Origin: Octopus vulgaris
Lineage: Eukaryota
Length of the DNA: 64,000 nucleotides
Direction: 5' to 3'
Assembly (NCBI GenBank): GCA_951406725.2
Contig: OX597818.1
Location: 20,336,001-20,400,000, forward strand
Both the position numbers and the translations under genes were made by a program. Below the pieces are notes generated by a model that was not told the DNA's origin, made no database searches, and saw only the letters and a program-made list of their open reading frames with translations. The first letter of the stretch is position 1; every line of letters starts with the position of its first letter. Positions 14,542 through 25,114 of the stretch are shown here, in pieces.

Positions 14542-15057
14542 TAATAAAAAGAATTCCAACCTTGTCTGATTTTCACGTTTTATTTACAATCTTATAATGA
14601 TATATTATAAGATAATATATTATAATTGAATAAAATAAAATGAAATAGTAGAATGTTAAATATTCATTCTGATTGAACTAGTACTTTCATGCATTGAATT
14701 CTGCAATCTTCGGGTTCATGTAGTAGTGTTGACAGTCATGCTTCACAATTTTTGACTGTAGCAAGATGAGTGATTCTGTGCTATAAATACAGCTGGGTAG
14801 GCTCCAGAGTGCTAGGTTTTGCAAACTGTATTCTGACCAATCAGTGTGTAGTATCACTCAATTACTTAAGCTGATTGGTTGGTTGAGCTGATTGGTTTAG
14901 GCATCACGCTTTGTTGGACAGGTCAAGAGTCCTGTATCTTGACCCTGGCCGAAGCAGCAATTGTTGGGTTATTTTTAGAAATGTTGTAAATATCCTTTGT
15001 CAGAGATTTTTATATTTTTATATTTCAATTGTCATCATCATCATTGTCAGCACCTTA
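14536..15057 (-). repeat. 3' pLTR of the PLE
   Basis: Matches 18807-19330 apart from one 2-nt indel seen by eye (GAATAAAATAAAA vs GAATCAAAAATAAAA). Confidence 0.95.
14674..14718 (-). ncRNA. minimal type-I hammerhead ribozyme (3' pLTR)
   Basis: TGAAC-CCGAAGA-TTGCA-GAATTCAA-TGCAT-GAAA-GTAC-TA-GTTCA: stem I TGAAC/GTTCA, palindromic stem III AGTACT, CUA cleavage triplet. Confidence 0.85.
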
Positions 15058-15212
15058 ATTATTGTTGCTAGTGGTGATGGTGGTGGCAATAGAACTTTTA
15101 ACCCTAAATAAGATAATTTTCCTGCTATCTTCGTCTTGATCACCTTTAGTATTGTTGTTGTTGTTAGTGGTCATGGTCGTAGCAGTGGAAGTAATACCTC
15201 TAAGTATTATTA

Positions 15213-17540
15213 TTATTGCTTATTTAGCTTGGGTTCGAATTTATCAATAAAATTCTTTTCTCTGATTTTCCTCTCGATTTCACTTGGGCTGTGTAATTTG
15301 TAGAATGGAAATATTATATATATTTTCCGACCACATGTTGCTAGGTGGTTACTCAAAGGTATCTGACGGACCTCTGGGTCTCTAATCTGTTGCCGGTGTA
15401 CACGTGAGCGTTCTAATAGTGCGTTTCCCGTCTGACCTACATATATTTCTTCACAATTTGGGCATTTGATGCAGTAAATTAAATTTCTGCTTTTGCAGTT
15501 CATATTCGCGTTTGTGAATATTTTCCCGGTTTTTGTGTTTATATATTGACCGGTATGTATGAATTGGCATGTGCCACATCGGCTATCATTGCATTTAGAT
15601 ACCGTGAATGTTTGGTCTTTGTTGCTGAGGTCAAATTTTGCCTTTGTTAGTAATGTTTTCAAGTTTTTAGGCTGTCTTTTACTAAGCACCATAGCTCGAT
15701 CCTTGATTATGTCTTTTAATTCATTACTTTGGGCAATGATTGGTAGGTTTGCTTTGGCAATGTTGAAGATATTCTGGTGACATGGGTTGTGTGTCACTAT
15801 GAATGGTATGACTTGTTCTTGTTTTCCTCTTCCTTGGGTTGTCCTAAGTTGTTGTATAGGTATTTTTATAGCCCGCTGTATGCCATTTTCTATAAGTAGA
15901 GATGGGTATTTTTGTTTGAGCAAAAATTCTCTTAGTTCTATTAGGCGTTTGTTCCTGATATTTGCATCTTCTACAATAGTACAAATTCTTCTGGCTAGGC
16001 AGTATGGGATGTTACGTTTTGTATGTGGTGGATGGCACGACTTAAAATTTAGGTATTGATGTGTGTCTGTGTGTTTATAGTATATATCTGTGGTGATGGT
16101 GGTGTCTTTTTTAATTACCATTATATCCAGGAATGGTAATTTGGTACTACTCATCTCCTTTGTAAATTTGAGAGATGGGTGTAGGTTGTTCAGGAGGATA
16201 TTGAACTCTTCCAGAGTATTTAGAGATTCTGTCCAGATTATGAAACAGTCGTCTAGGTATCTCTTCCATGCCTTTTCAATATACTTTCTAAATCCAGTGC
16301 CATAGTTTACCTCCACCTCTTGGTAGAGTTGTTCTTCTAAGTATCCCATTACAGAGTTGGCGTAAACGGGAGCAAACCTCGTTCCCATCGCCGTGCCTCT
16401 AATTTGGATGTAATTCTTTCCATTGAAGAAGAATGTGTTATTTTCTAGAATAAGTTTGACTGTGTCTAATATAAATGGCACTGTGAATCTGCTGGGAATC
16501 ACTTCTCTATGTTTTTCTAACCAGTATTTAGTCGCCTTTATTCCTAAATCGTGTGGAATATTGGTGTAGAGGCTTACCACATCAAAACTTAGCAAAACTG
16601 AATTTGTTTCTGTTGTTTTGGGAAGATGGGACAGGAAGTCGATGTCATCCCTGATGAAACTTGGTATGTAAGTACATAGTGGTTTCAAAACAATGTCAAT
16701 AAAATTGCTTAGACGGTGTGTAGGGCATGCTGGACCAGCTATAATAGGTCTAAGTTTTAGGTCTTTTGGATGTAATAATTTTATGTACTCACTTTCTTGT
16801 TCTTTTACTGCCTGTTGAATGTTTTTTGATTTGTGTATTTTTGGTAAGCCGTAGAAGTTGCTGGGTTTTGGTTCAAAATTGGTGATGTAGTCTTTTTCAT
16901 TATCCGTAAGTGAGTTGTGGTGTGTTGAAATCAGGTTGTTGATCTTTTTCATGATGTGGTGGTCTATATTTGCGGGTATTTCACAATAGAAGGTTGTATC
17001 CTTCAGTTGGTCTTCAACCAAATCCTTATAGTATTCGGTATCCATAATAACAATTGCACCACCTTTATCTGCTTGTTTAATTATTATTGTTTGATCGTTT
17101 TGTATACGTTTACATGCAGACATCTCTGATTTGCTAATGTTTGGCCTAACATTGGTATTGCGTCTAAGGGGAAATTTAGACAGGATATCAATGTATTGGT
17201 CAAGGTAGTTATTTCTTCCTTTTGGTGGGGTGAAATTTGATTTATTCCTTACTAGGGATTCATCAATCTCATTACTTTTGTTAGCGAAGAATTCTACAAG
17301 TCGTAATTTTCGACAGAATTTTTGGATATCCTCCTTTAATTCTTGGTGGTTGGCTGTTGGTGTAGGTGTGAATTTCAGTCCTTTTGACAGAAGTTGGATT
17401 TCATCATTGTCAAGATCTCTTTTTGATAAATTAATTATTTTAGGATCTATACGTTCAGTTGTTTGGGGTATGTTTCCTCTTGGATTTTTTCTTTCTCCGG
17501 TGTTTGTTGTCCTGACGTAAAAAAATGGATTTTTTTCTGG
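15213..17540 (-). CDS. PLE reverse transcriptase / GIY-YIG endonuclease; open frame of 775 codons, first ATG only at 17123
   Basis: Motifs IINLS..LLSKGLKFTPTP (upstream of the ATG), KQADKGG, FYGLPKIHK, LRPIIA, SFDVVSLYTNIP, GTAMG, RYLDD, LPFLDI, CNDSRCGTC linker, LIYCIKCPNCEEIYVGQT. Confidence 0.95.
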   Translation of the reverse strand, partial: PEKNPFFYVRTTNTGERKNPRGNIPQTTERIDPKIINLSKRDLDNDEIQLLSKGLKFTPTPTANHQELKEDIQKFCRKLRLVEFFANKSNEIDESLVRNKSNFTPPKGRNNYLDQYIDILSKFPLRRNTNVRPNISKSEMSACKRIQNDQTIIIKQADKGGAIVIMDTEYYKDLVEDQLKDTTFYCEIPANIDHHIMKKINNLISTHHNSLTDNEKDYITNFEPKPSNFYGLPKIHKSKNIQQAVKEQESEYIKLLHPKDLKLRPIIAGPACPTHRLSNFIDIVLKPLCTYIPSFIRDDIDFLSHLPKTTETNSVLLSFDVVSLYTNIPHDLGIKATKYWLEKHREVIPSRFTVPFILDTVKLILENNTFFFNGKNYIQIRGTAMGTRFAPVYANSVMGYLEEQLYQEVEVNYGTGFRKYIEKAWKRYLDDCFIIWTESLNTLEEFNILLNNLHPSLKFTKEMSSTKLPFLDIMVIKKDTTITTDIYYKHTDTHQYLNFKSCHPPHTKRNIPYCLARRICTIVEDANIRNKRLIELREFLLKQKYPSLLIENGIQRAIKIPIQQLRTTQGRGKQEQVIPFIVTHNPCHQNIFNIAKANLPIIAQSNELKDIIKDRAMVLSKRQPKNLKTLLTKAKFDLSNKDQTFTVSKCNDSRCGTCQFIHTGQYINTKTGKIFTNANMNCKSRNLIYCIKCPNCEEIYVGQTGNALLERSRVHRQQIRDPEVRQIPLSNHLATCGRKIYIIFPFYKLHSPSEIERKIREKNFIDKFEPKLNKQ

Positions 17541-18739
17541 TTATGATTTATATTTCTGTTGATGTTTGCTTGATGAATTTTGCGTTTTGGTTGTGGTACT
17601 TTACTTGGTTTCGTTATGTTTTCTGTCTTGTTTTTGGTATTATGTATGCTACTTTTCAATTTCTTGTTAGCATTGTTTTTAACCACCTGGAGAAATGATC
17701 TGGGTTTACTTCTAGATCTAGATCGGTTTTTTGTCCAGTTTCTTGTGGGTAATCTCTGTCGAGGTCTTGAAAATGATCTCCTGTTATTTCTACTGCTAAT
17801 GGTCTGTTCAAAACAATATCTATTTTGTTTGTGCTTTTTGTTCATGTTGTGTGCATTAGGGTGTTTGCATACAAAATGGGAAGAGTTCTTACCGTAGTTC
17901 GTCTTCGATTCGTGGTGAAACGGGTGTTCATGTTGCCACGTGTTCTGGTGTATGTTGCGTTGGTGAGGTTGTCCACTTTTAATGCTATTTCTCGGAGTTC
18001 TGGTGTCTTTACCGTAATTTGTAGCATATTTGTCGAGAAATAATTGTTTCCGCTGCCAAAACTTTCTTGATCTGCTTTCTTCTTTTGAGATATCTCTGAT
18101 CCATAGTTCTCGCATTTTTTCTGCTATATTGCCGGTCGTTAGTTTGGATATTTCATCTCTGATTTGATCATCGATAGCTTCGTATTTGGCTTTGTAGCGG
18201 GATTGTTTAGACAGGGTAATGGAGATGTCGGTCCTGAATTTTATCAAACTAAGGTCCCATCGAAGTTTAGTTTCTTCCTCTGGTTCTCCTGCAATTTCTT
18301 TAATTAGGTACTTCCGAGGAAGTATGGGTGCCGCTAAAGATATCCATTTCGAATGTATTTCAGCATATTTTTCGCATTTATATGCCTTCCAGAAGTTTTG
18401 TTTTCTTATGTTAAGGAGTTTTTTCCATGTCTTCTGTATCTCTTCTCTTTTTCGGTGTGCCTCTTTTTCCAGATTTCTTTCGTTTATTTCTGACATCCAA
18501 GGAGGTTGTGGTAGGCTTTCTCTTGTAGATTTTATAATTGTTGGTATCATTTCAGCTAAATTCTTAATTTCAGAGTTTATGTGTTCATTTCCAAGTTTTC
18601 CGTCTGTAGACTGTTTTTCTATTTCCTTTAAAATAGAGGATTGTGTGTCAATCATCGTGATGAGTGTTGATAATTTCGATGAAATTTCCATTAGAATTCT
18701 TTCGGATTCTGTTAATTTTGTTTGTTGCTTTCCAGACAT
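17447..18739 (-). CDS. PLE ORF1, 430 aa, predicted coiled-coil N-terminus and basic RS-rich C-terminal part
   Basis: Uninterrupted non-repetitive ORF starting 68 nt after the 5' pLTR; heptad-like LMEISSKLSTLITMIDTQSSILKEIEKQ; NRSRSRSKPRS. Confidence 0.85.
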   Translation of the reverse strand: MSGKQQTKLTESERILMEISSKLSTLITMIDTQSSILKEIEKQSTDGKLGNEHINSEIKNLAEMIPTIIKSTRESLPQPPWMSEINERNLEKEAHRKREEIQKTWKKLLNIRKQNFWKAYKCEKYAEIHSKWISLAAPILPRKYLIKEIAGEPEEETKLRWDLSLIKFRTDISITLSKQSRYKAKYEAIDDQIRDEISKLTTGNIAEKMRELWIRDISKEESRSRKFWQRKQLFLDKYATNYGKDTRTPRNSIKSGQPHQRNIHQNTWQHEHPFHHESKTNYGKNSSHFVCKHPNAHNMNKKHKQNRYCFEQTISSRNNRRSFSRPRQRLPTRNWTKNRSRSRSKPRSFLQVVKNNANKKLKSSIHNTKNKTENITKPSKVPQPKRKIHQANINRNINHNQKKIHFFTSGQQTPEKEKIQEETYPKQLNV

Positions 18740-18946
18740 GTTGGCATATACACAATAGGAATATAGATATATATATATATGGGTGTGTGTGATTGTGTAT
18801 AGAAGAATATATTAATAAAAAGAATTCCAACCTTGTCTGATTTTCACGTTTTATTTACAATCTTATAATGATATATTATAAGATAATATATTATAATTGA
18901 ATCAAAAATAAAATGAAATAGTAGAATGTTAAATATTCATTCTGAT

Positions 18947-18991
18947 TGAACTAGTACTTTCATGCATTGAATTCTGCAATCTTCGGGTTCA
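18947..18991 (-). ncRNA. minimal type-I hammerhead ribozyme (5' pLTR)
   Basis: Identical to 14674-14718. Confidence 0.85.
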
Positions 18992-19054
18992 TGTAGTAGT
19001 GTTGACAGTCATGCTTCACAATTTTTGACTGTAGCAAGATGAGTGATTCTGTGC

Positions 19055-19168
19055 TATAAATACAGCTGGGTAGGCTCCAGAGTGCTAGGTTTTGCAAACT
19101 GTATTCTGACCAATCAGTGTGTAGTATCACTCAATTACTTAAGCTGATTGGTTGGTTGAGCTGATTGG
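19055..19168 (-). promoter_or_regulatory. putative Pol II promoter in the pLTR (3 CCAAT boxes plus TATA-like element)
   Basis: CCAATCAG at 19110 (+) and 19147, 19164 (-), lying upstream, in element sense, of TATTTATA at 19055-19062. Confidence 0.5.
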
Positions 19169-19401
19169 TTTAGGCATCACGCTTTGTTGGACAGGTCAAG
19201 AGTCCTGTATCTTGACCCTGGCCGAAGCAGCAATTGTTGGGTTATTTTTAGAAATGTTGTAAATATCCTTTGTCAGAGATTTTTATATTTTTATATTTCA
19301 ATTGTCATCATCATCATTGTCAGCACCTTACATACATATATATATATACATATTTACATACATATATACATATACACATATATACATATATATATACATA
19401 T

Positions 19402-19434
<33 letters not shown>

Positions 19435-19440
19435 CATACA

Positions 19441-19492
<52 letters not shown>

Positions 19493-19525
19493 TACATACA
19501 TATATATATATATATATACATATAT

Positions 19526-19560
<35 letters not shown>

Positions 19561-20172
19561 CATATATATATACATACATATATATATACATACATATACA
19601 TACATATATATATATATATATGTTTCAATTCGCTCTCTGTCTAAGCTCACTGTCTGCGTCTCTCTTTCTCTCTTAACCCCCTCCGACCACACATACTCAT
19701 ATGTGTCTACGTTTGTATACAACGATAGCACGCGCGCGCGCACATACATGTAGGAGGAGTATTTGCGATGTAAGGGAGGATGACTTGTAAATAAGTTTAC
19801 ATGTGTACGTTGAATAACCGTACATTTACCCTCGGCATGTAAATAGACCGTGGGGCGAAGCAACAGAGATCTCTTTGCAGAATGAATGCAAGAAAAGCTA
19901 GACTTGTTTCGCCTGGTTATTGCCAACTCATCAAGAGTGTCTGGTTCGTTCGCACTTCTCTCTCGCAGAGAGAGAGGGGGGAGAGTAAATTACAACTACT
20001 TATTTAAAATATCAGCAGTAGGCATTGATTTTTACTAACACTCATAGCTATATTTCTATACAAATACACACACACACATACACACACTCTCACACATGTG
20101 TGTGTGTAGCAATGCAAATACACACGTGCTATTGGTTGTCTTTTTCCTTCTCTGGACTTTTCTGTTTTCATT

Positions 20173-20199
20173 TTGACGAAGAGCTATGCTCGGAACGTC
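20173..20199 (+). ncRNA. degenerate minimal hammerhead motif
   Basis: TTGACGA-A-GAGC-TAT-GCTC-GGAA-CG-TC; same family as 24672 and 46484. Confidence 0.55.
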
Positions 20200-20283
20200 T
20201 ACAACTCTTCTAATCGAGCGTCAAACTAATACATTCCATGTGCACGTCCTTCTGTTGTTTGTTATTGGTATTTTTAATGTTCG

Positions 20284-20335
<52 letters not shown>

Positions 20336-21477
20336 ATAAGATCGTTATTTAAAATACTCATCATATCAAGCAGCTAGCATAGGAATAAAAACTTCATAAG
20401 TAATAATTATTATTCAAATTATAATTAAGGGTATCTAAAAGATACTACCATGCTAGATATAGCAGCCAAAACTTGACTCTAAAACCACATTAAATGTTCA
20501 TAGGCGACTCCAGGTCATCAGCATCACTCGGGCTCATCACAGATTTCGCATAAGACACATACCCGCTCGAAGAATTTCACGTTTTTCTAGCCCCAAATAG
20601 ATTAATTTTATGTCTAGCACCGTCTTTCTCCATTTCTAAGTTAAGTAAGAATAAAGCAATCCTGCAAAACACAACTCATCTTTACATACAGACGCACAGA
20701 ATAACAGCAATCAAATAACGACAGCGGAGTGCACAACAAACATCAGCGATCTGCCTGTCGCCTGTACTCTTGAAAAGAGATGCCAATTAATCTTTTACAC
20801 TTACCAGGCTCATTCGTGTTATTTTTAAGAATATTGTAGAACGGAAACTTTTCATAGATTGGAATTTAAATCCTAATCTCTATAGAAATTTTTTGTTTCG
20901 AGAAAACATTGAATTTCGATTACTTTTAACTTTTATGAGTCCCGAGTCAGGCGCGTGTGAACGATGTCGAGAGAACGTCTGCAACGAATGACATTTTGTG
21001 ACACAGGGCATCTCCTAGACGACTACCAGACATCGAACGAAAATATATGAACTGCGTCCATGTTCAATAATAGGAGCCGAGTTATTGGCTGCAATTATAT
21101 ACTTGAAGTCAGTCTTGGCAGAATTTAAAGCATCTTGCAAATACACGCTCATTTTACTAAATTCATACTCGGGCTAAGCCCGAACAGCCGGAGTGCCGGA
21201 GTCGCCACTGATATATACATATACACAGTGGCGGACTGGGTCTAAAAATAGTGGTTATCAGGAGATGAAGGGGGACCACCCGCGACTACAATGCTATCAT
21301 TTAAATTTTTTGTTTGTTTGTTAAAAGTATTCTTTTCAACTGTCTACAAACACAACCAGGCTGAAATAATTAATGCATTCTTCCAGGAGTGAATAAAAAA
21401 ATCCCCTTTAGATATTAACATGGGCCCTCATATATAGATTCTAATGGCGCAGGGGCCCACTTACCATCGGAGACATA

Positions 21478-21978
21478 CATCAAGTGCCTGAAGGAGGTAG
21501 TGCTGCCTTGGGTCAAGAGGGTGGTTGCTGAAAGACCCTATGTTCTGGCAACAGGACTCTACACCATGTCACACATGCAGGAGAACCCAGTCATGGTTGT
21601 CAGACAATTTCTGCGACCACATCACCCCTTAACATCTGGCCACCTAACTCCCCAGACTGCAACACCCATGATTATTATGTGTGGAGCGCAATTGTGTGAG
21701 AGACCAACAAAACTCCTTGTAAGACCAAAGATGAACTGAAGGCAAGGATTATGGCTGCATTTACCAATTTAAATAAGGAGACCATCCAGAAGAGTTGCAG
21801 GAGATTCCGAAGTTGTCTGGAGACCGTGGATGAAGCCAATGGCAACTTTATTGAATAGATTTACTCTTTAGAATTTCAAGATATTTTTATGTAACTTTGG
21901 TAAATATATCTGTTAAAATGAGATGACAGTGTTATTTTCATTTTTGCGTAATTTAGACAATTTATTCACCGCACCCTG
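21478..21978 (+). mobile_element. Tc1/mariner (maT, DD37D) transposon, 3' remnant
   Basis: Frameshifted QQDSTPCHT...IWPPNSPDCNTHDYYVW with 37 residues between the last two Asp; ...EANGNFIE stop; ends GCACCCTG followed by TA. Confidence 0.85.
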
Positions 21979-22388
21979 TATATATAGAATGTACAGTATG
22001 TCTAATACATACAAACATATATGTGCGCGCGTACTCGCACGTGTATGTAAATTTGTAGTGCAATATATGGAGTCATGGCATCTGGTTGCAATCACGGAAA
22101 AGCGCCTCTAATGGCCCGGCATTGGTGTAACCATTAGGTTCTAGTGATTTGAAGAGCTAGCCTACTATATCTGCGTTGATTTGTAATTATACAGTTGTCC
22201 CTCGCAATGTGTCCCATGCATATTGGTGCAGACATGTAAAATAATTTATTATACACTGAAATTATTAGTATAAGATTAAGGCTGCGAAACGGCCGTAATC
22301 CTACGGATATCAAGTAGTTAAATATATATATTCACCTCTCATACCTCTTGACTTTCAATGCTCTCTCTCTTTCTCTCTCTCTCTCTCT

Positions 22389-22470
<82 letters not shown>

Positions 22471-22519
22471 AAACAAGTAAAAAATAGAAAATGCTAAAAT
22501 AATTTTATAGTGAACATTT

Positions 22520-22557
22520 CAGTACCGGTTTCGGTCATTTTGAGACCTTTTCAACTG
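22520..22557 (-). ncRNA. minimal hammerhead ribozyme, U3-A8 variant
   Basis: CAG-TTGAAAA-GGTC-TCAAAAT-GACC-GAAA-CCGG-TA-CTG, in a fragment abutting (TA)n. Confidence 0.75.
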
Positions 22558-22678
22558 TAACGATTAAATAATTAAATTTAGAAAAATTAGAAGAAAAGTT
22601 TTTTTAAAAGAATATTTCTATAGTAGTGTTCAGATTTAAGTGGCATTCTGCCTTTCTCTGACTCCCTTGTTTGCACTT

Positions 22679-22724
22679 GGACCTTTATATTTACCTCATG
22701 TAACTATATACAGCTAGTATATGT

Positions 22725-22778
<54 letters not shown>

Positions 22779-22826
22779 ATACATATACTAGCTGTATATA
22801 GTTACATGAGGTAAATATAAAGGTCC
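22679..22826. repeat. ~148-bp near-perfect palindrome centred on (TA)n
   Basis: GGACCTTTATATTTACCTCATGTAACTATATACAGCTAGT...ACTAGCTGTATATAGTTACATGAGGTAAATATAAAGGTCC. Confidence 0.9.
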
Positions 22827-23030
22827 CTTCCAGGGGCCGTATTATCGATTTTTCTACAATCTATGTATGTCAAGAGGACATGAGTTCTACTTATGTGTCA
22901 AGTTTCATCAAAATCAGACATGAGTTCTACTTATGTGTCAAGTTTCATCAAAATCAGTAAAACGATGTAGGAGGAGTTAGTTAACAACGCCACAAACAAA
23001 CACACACCGATTTTCCACATATGTAGTAGA
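22788..23030 (-). mobile_element. short non-autonomous Helitron-like element
   Basis: Minus strand starts TCTACTACATAT and ends CTAG|T; internal ~40-bp tandem duplication at 22878-22957. Confidence 0.5.
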
Positions 23031-23208
23031 TACACACAAACACACACAAACATATAATGCTCGAAATGAGGAATAGCTGGACAGCCGACAACTGATGAAG
23101 GGTGGTTTTTTTATGTCACTTGTGTTTTCCATTCGTTGTTTGTGTACTCAGCTCATTTGTTTATGTAATTCATTTGGATGATGGTTTGTGACGTCCTGTA
23201 CCTATATA

Positions 23209-23274
<66 letters not shown>

Positions 23275-23281
23275 CATACAA

Positions 23282-23324
<43 letters not shown>

Positions 23325-23343
23325 TATGCGTATGTATATATGC

Positions 23344-23397
<54 letters not shown>

Positions 23398-24671
23398 ATA
23401 AAACGGTAAGATAACAAAAGAAAGAAAGAGACCTCAATATTATGTAAATAGAGGAAATTTATCTATACAATATGTACTATGGATTTTTTTTTTTTCATAA
23501 CGTTTTCAAATAGCCAGATAACCGAAGAGATGGTGTTGTGGATTTCCACTTCGGCATCTGAAACTCAGAGTTTTATCTTGACTACCGAGTAATGTAACAT
23601 ATTGTATAGATATATATATATATATATATATATTCATACACACACACATGTATACATATATATCAATGCATGCATATAAATACATATGTTTATACATATA
23701 TATGTATATGTGCGCACAGTCACACACCCACACACACACACACTTGATAGAATTCAGTTACCCGATACCATATGTTTCGTGCGAATATATTCGCAGTTAT
23801 TCAATCAGAACTTGAATAATGGATGACAAATTCACCAATTAATTAGCACGAGTGTTCCAAGAACTTTCATGAAGTTATGGATAATGTGAAATATTTACGA
23901 TCATGGCTACTGGTTGACCTTTGATTGGTCGTTGTTTGTATATTGTTTGTATGGTGTGACAGAATTCTTTTTATATACTGTGATTATTGAACAGTCATTG
24001 GATTGTTGGGGGATAGAGTATATAGAATAATTTGCTGTGTAAAAGAAGGTATATGGAACGAGTAGGGATGTAGAGAGACAACCGATCTGAGAACGTGCCA
24101 GGTTCATTCATTTATCATTGTCAACATAAATATGCGTTTAAAGGCAGCAAGCTGGTAGAATCGTCAGCATGCCGAGCGAAATGGGTTTTTTTTTGTCTGT
24201 CGCTGCATTCTGTGTTCAAATTCCGCCGAGGTCTACTTTGCCTTTTATCCTTTCAAGGTCGATAAATTAAGTACCAGTTGAGCACTGGGGTCGATGTAAT
24301 CGATTTACCCCCTGTCCCGAAATTGCTGACCTTGTGCCAACATTTGAAAGCAATATAAATATTCGTTCACAAATTTTGTCGTGAAAAATTTAAGAAATTC
24401 ACTTCGCGAATATGTGGTTTCTAGTTCAATCCCACTGTGCAGCGCATCGGACAAGTGCCTTTTCTTAAAACCATCTGTCAACCAATGTCCGATAAGTGAA
24501 TTTGGTTGACAGAATCTGTGTGAAAATCCATTCTGTCTATCTATCTATCTAGCTATATAGGCAAATCAAAGTTAAAAATAGGAAAAACAACGTAAGTCAA
24601 TCAGACGTACACAGTGAATATATCAGTTTGACGCTCGGTGAATGTTTTAGATGGAAAAATAGGAGTATAAT

Positions 24672-24698
24672 GACATTTCGAGCATGGCTCTTCGTCAG
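24672..24698 (-). ncRNA. minimal hammerhead motif with decayed stem I
   Basis: CTGACGA-A-GAGC-CAT-GCTC-GAAA-TG-TC. Confidence 0.65.
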
Positions 24699-25114
24699 AA
24701 AGACGGAAAAGTCCAGAGAGGAAGAAAATGAGGAAGTAGCAGATCTGAAGCTACATAGTCGCTTTAGAGTTTAATTAAGCTAGGACATTGTTGTGATGAG
24801 AGTTACGGCGACCCTTTGCAAGAGACAGACTAGTCCGAGTGAAGTATAAATACTAATGATCCAAATGAGTTCAGAGTTCGGAATCGAGTGAAGTTTGTGT
24901 TAGATCGCAGTGAAGTCGGAAGGTGTCGGTTGGTTAGTTCTCAAGGAATATTGAATGTTGGTTCGTAAAGAGATTCTTTTGTTAGTTACATTGTTGTTAC
25001 TACTGTCTGGTTATCTCATTTATTGTACGTAACAAATTTCCACATTTGGCGACGAGGGTTTCAAAGCTCATGTAGGTTATCTAACAATTTGTTCGTGATA
25101 CAACTTGTTAAATA

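Larger units (their letters stand above)
14536..19330 (-). mobile_element. full-length Penelope-like retroelement (Neptune-like) inserted in a (TA)n/(TACA)n microsatellite
   Basis: Direct pLTRs, ORF1, intact RT plus GIY-YIG frame, HHR in each pLTR, microsatellite on both flanks. Confidence 0.95.
18807..19330 (-). repeat. 5' pLTR of the PLE
   Basis: Direct repeat of 14536-15057. Confidence 0.95.

Noticed and set aside
15213-17123. 636-aa ORF as the complete RT protein
   Set aside because: Conserved PLE N-terminal motifs lie upstream of this ATG in the same open frame.
19750-20020. Non-repetitive island with several forkhead-like GTAAAT(A) motifs
   Set aside because: Short AT-rich motifs are expected by chance; no conservation data to support an enhancer call.
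23060-23110. GAAA ... CTGATGA as a hammerhead
   Set aside because: Could not build consistent stems I-III.
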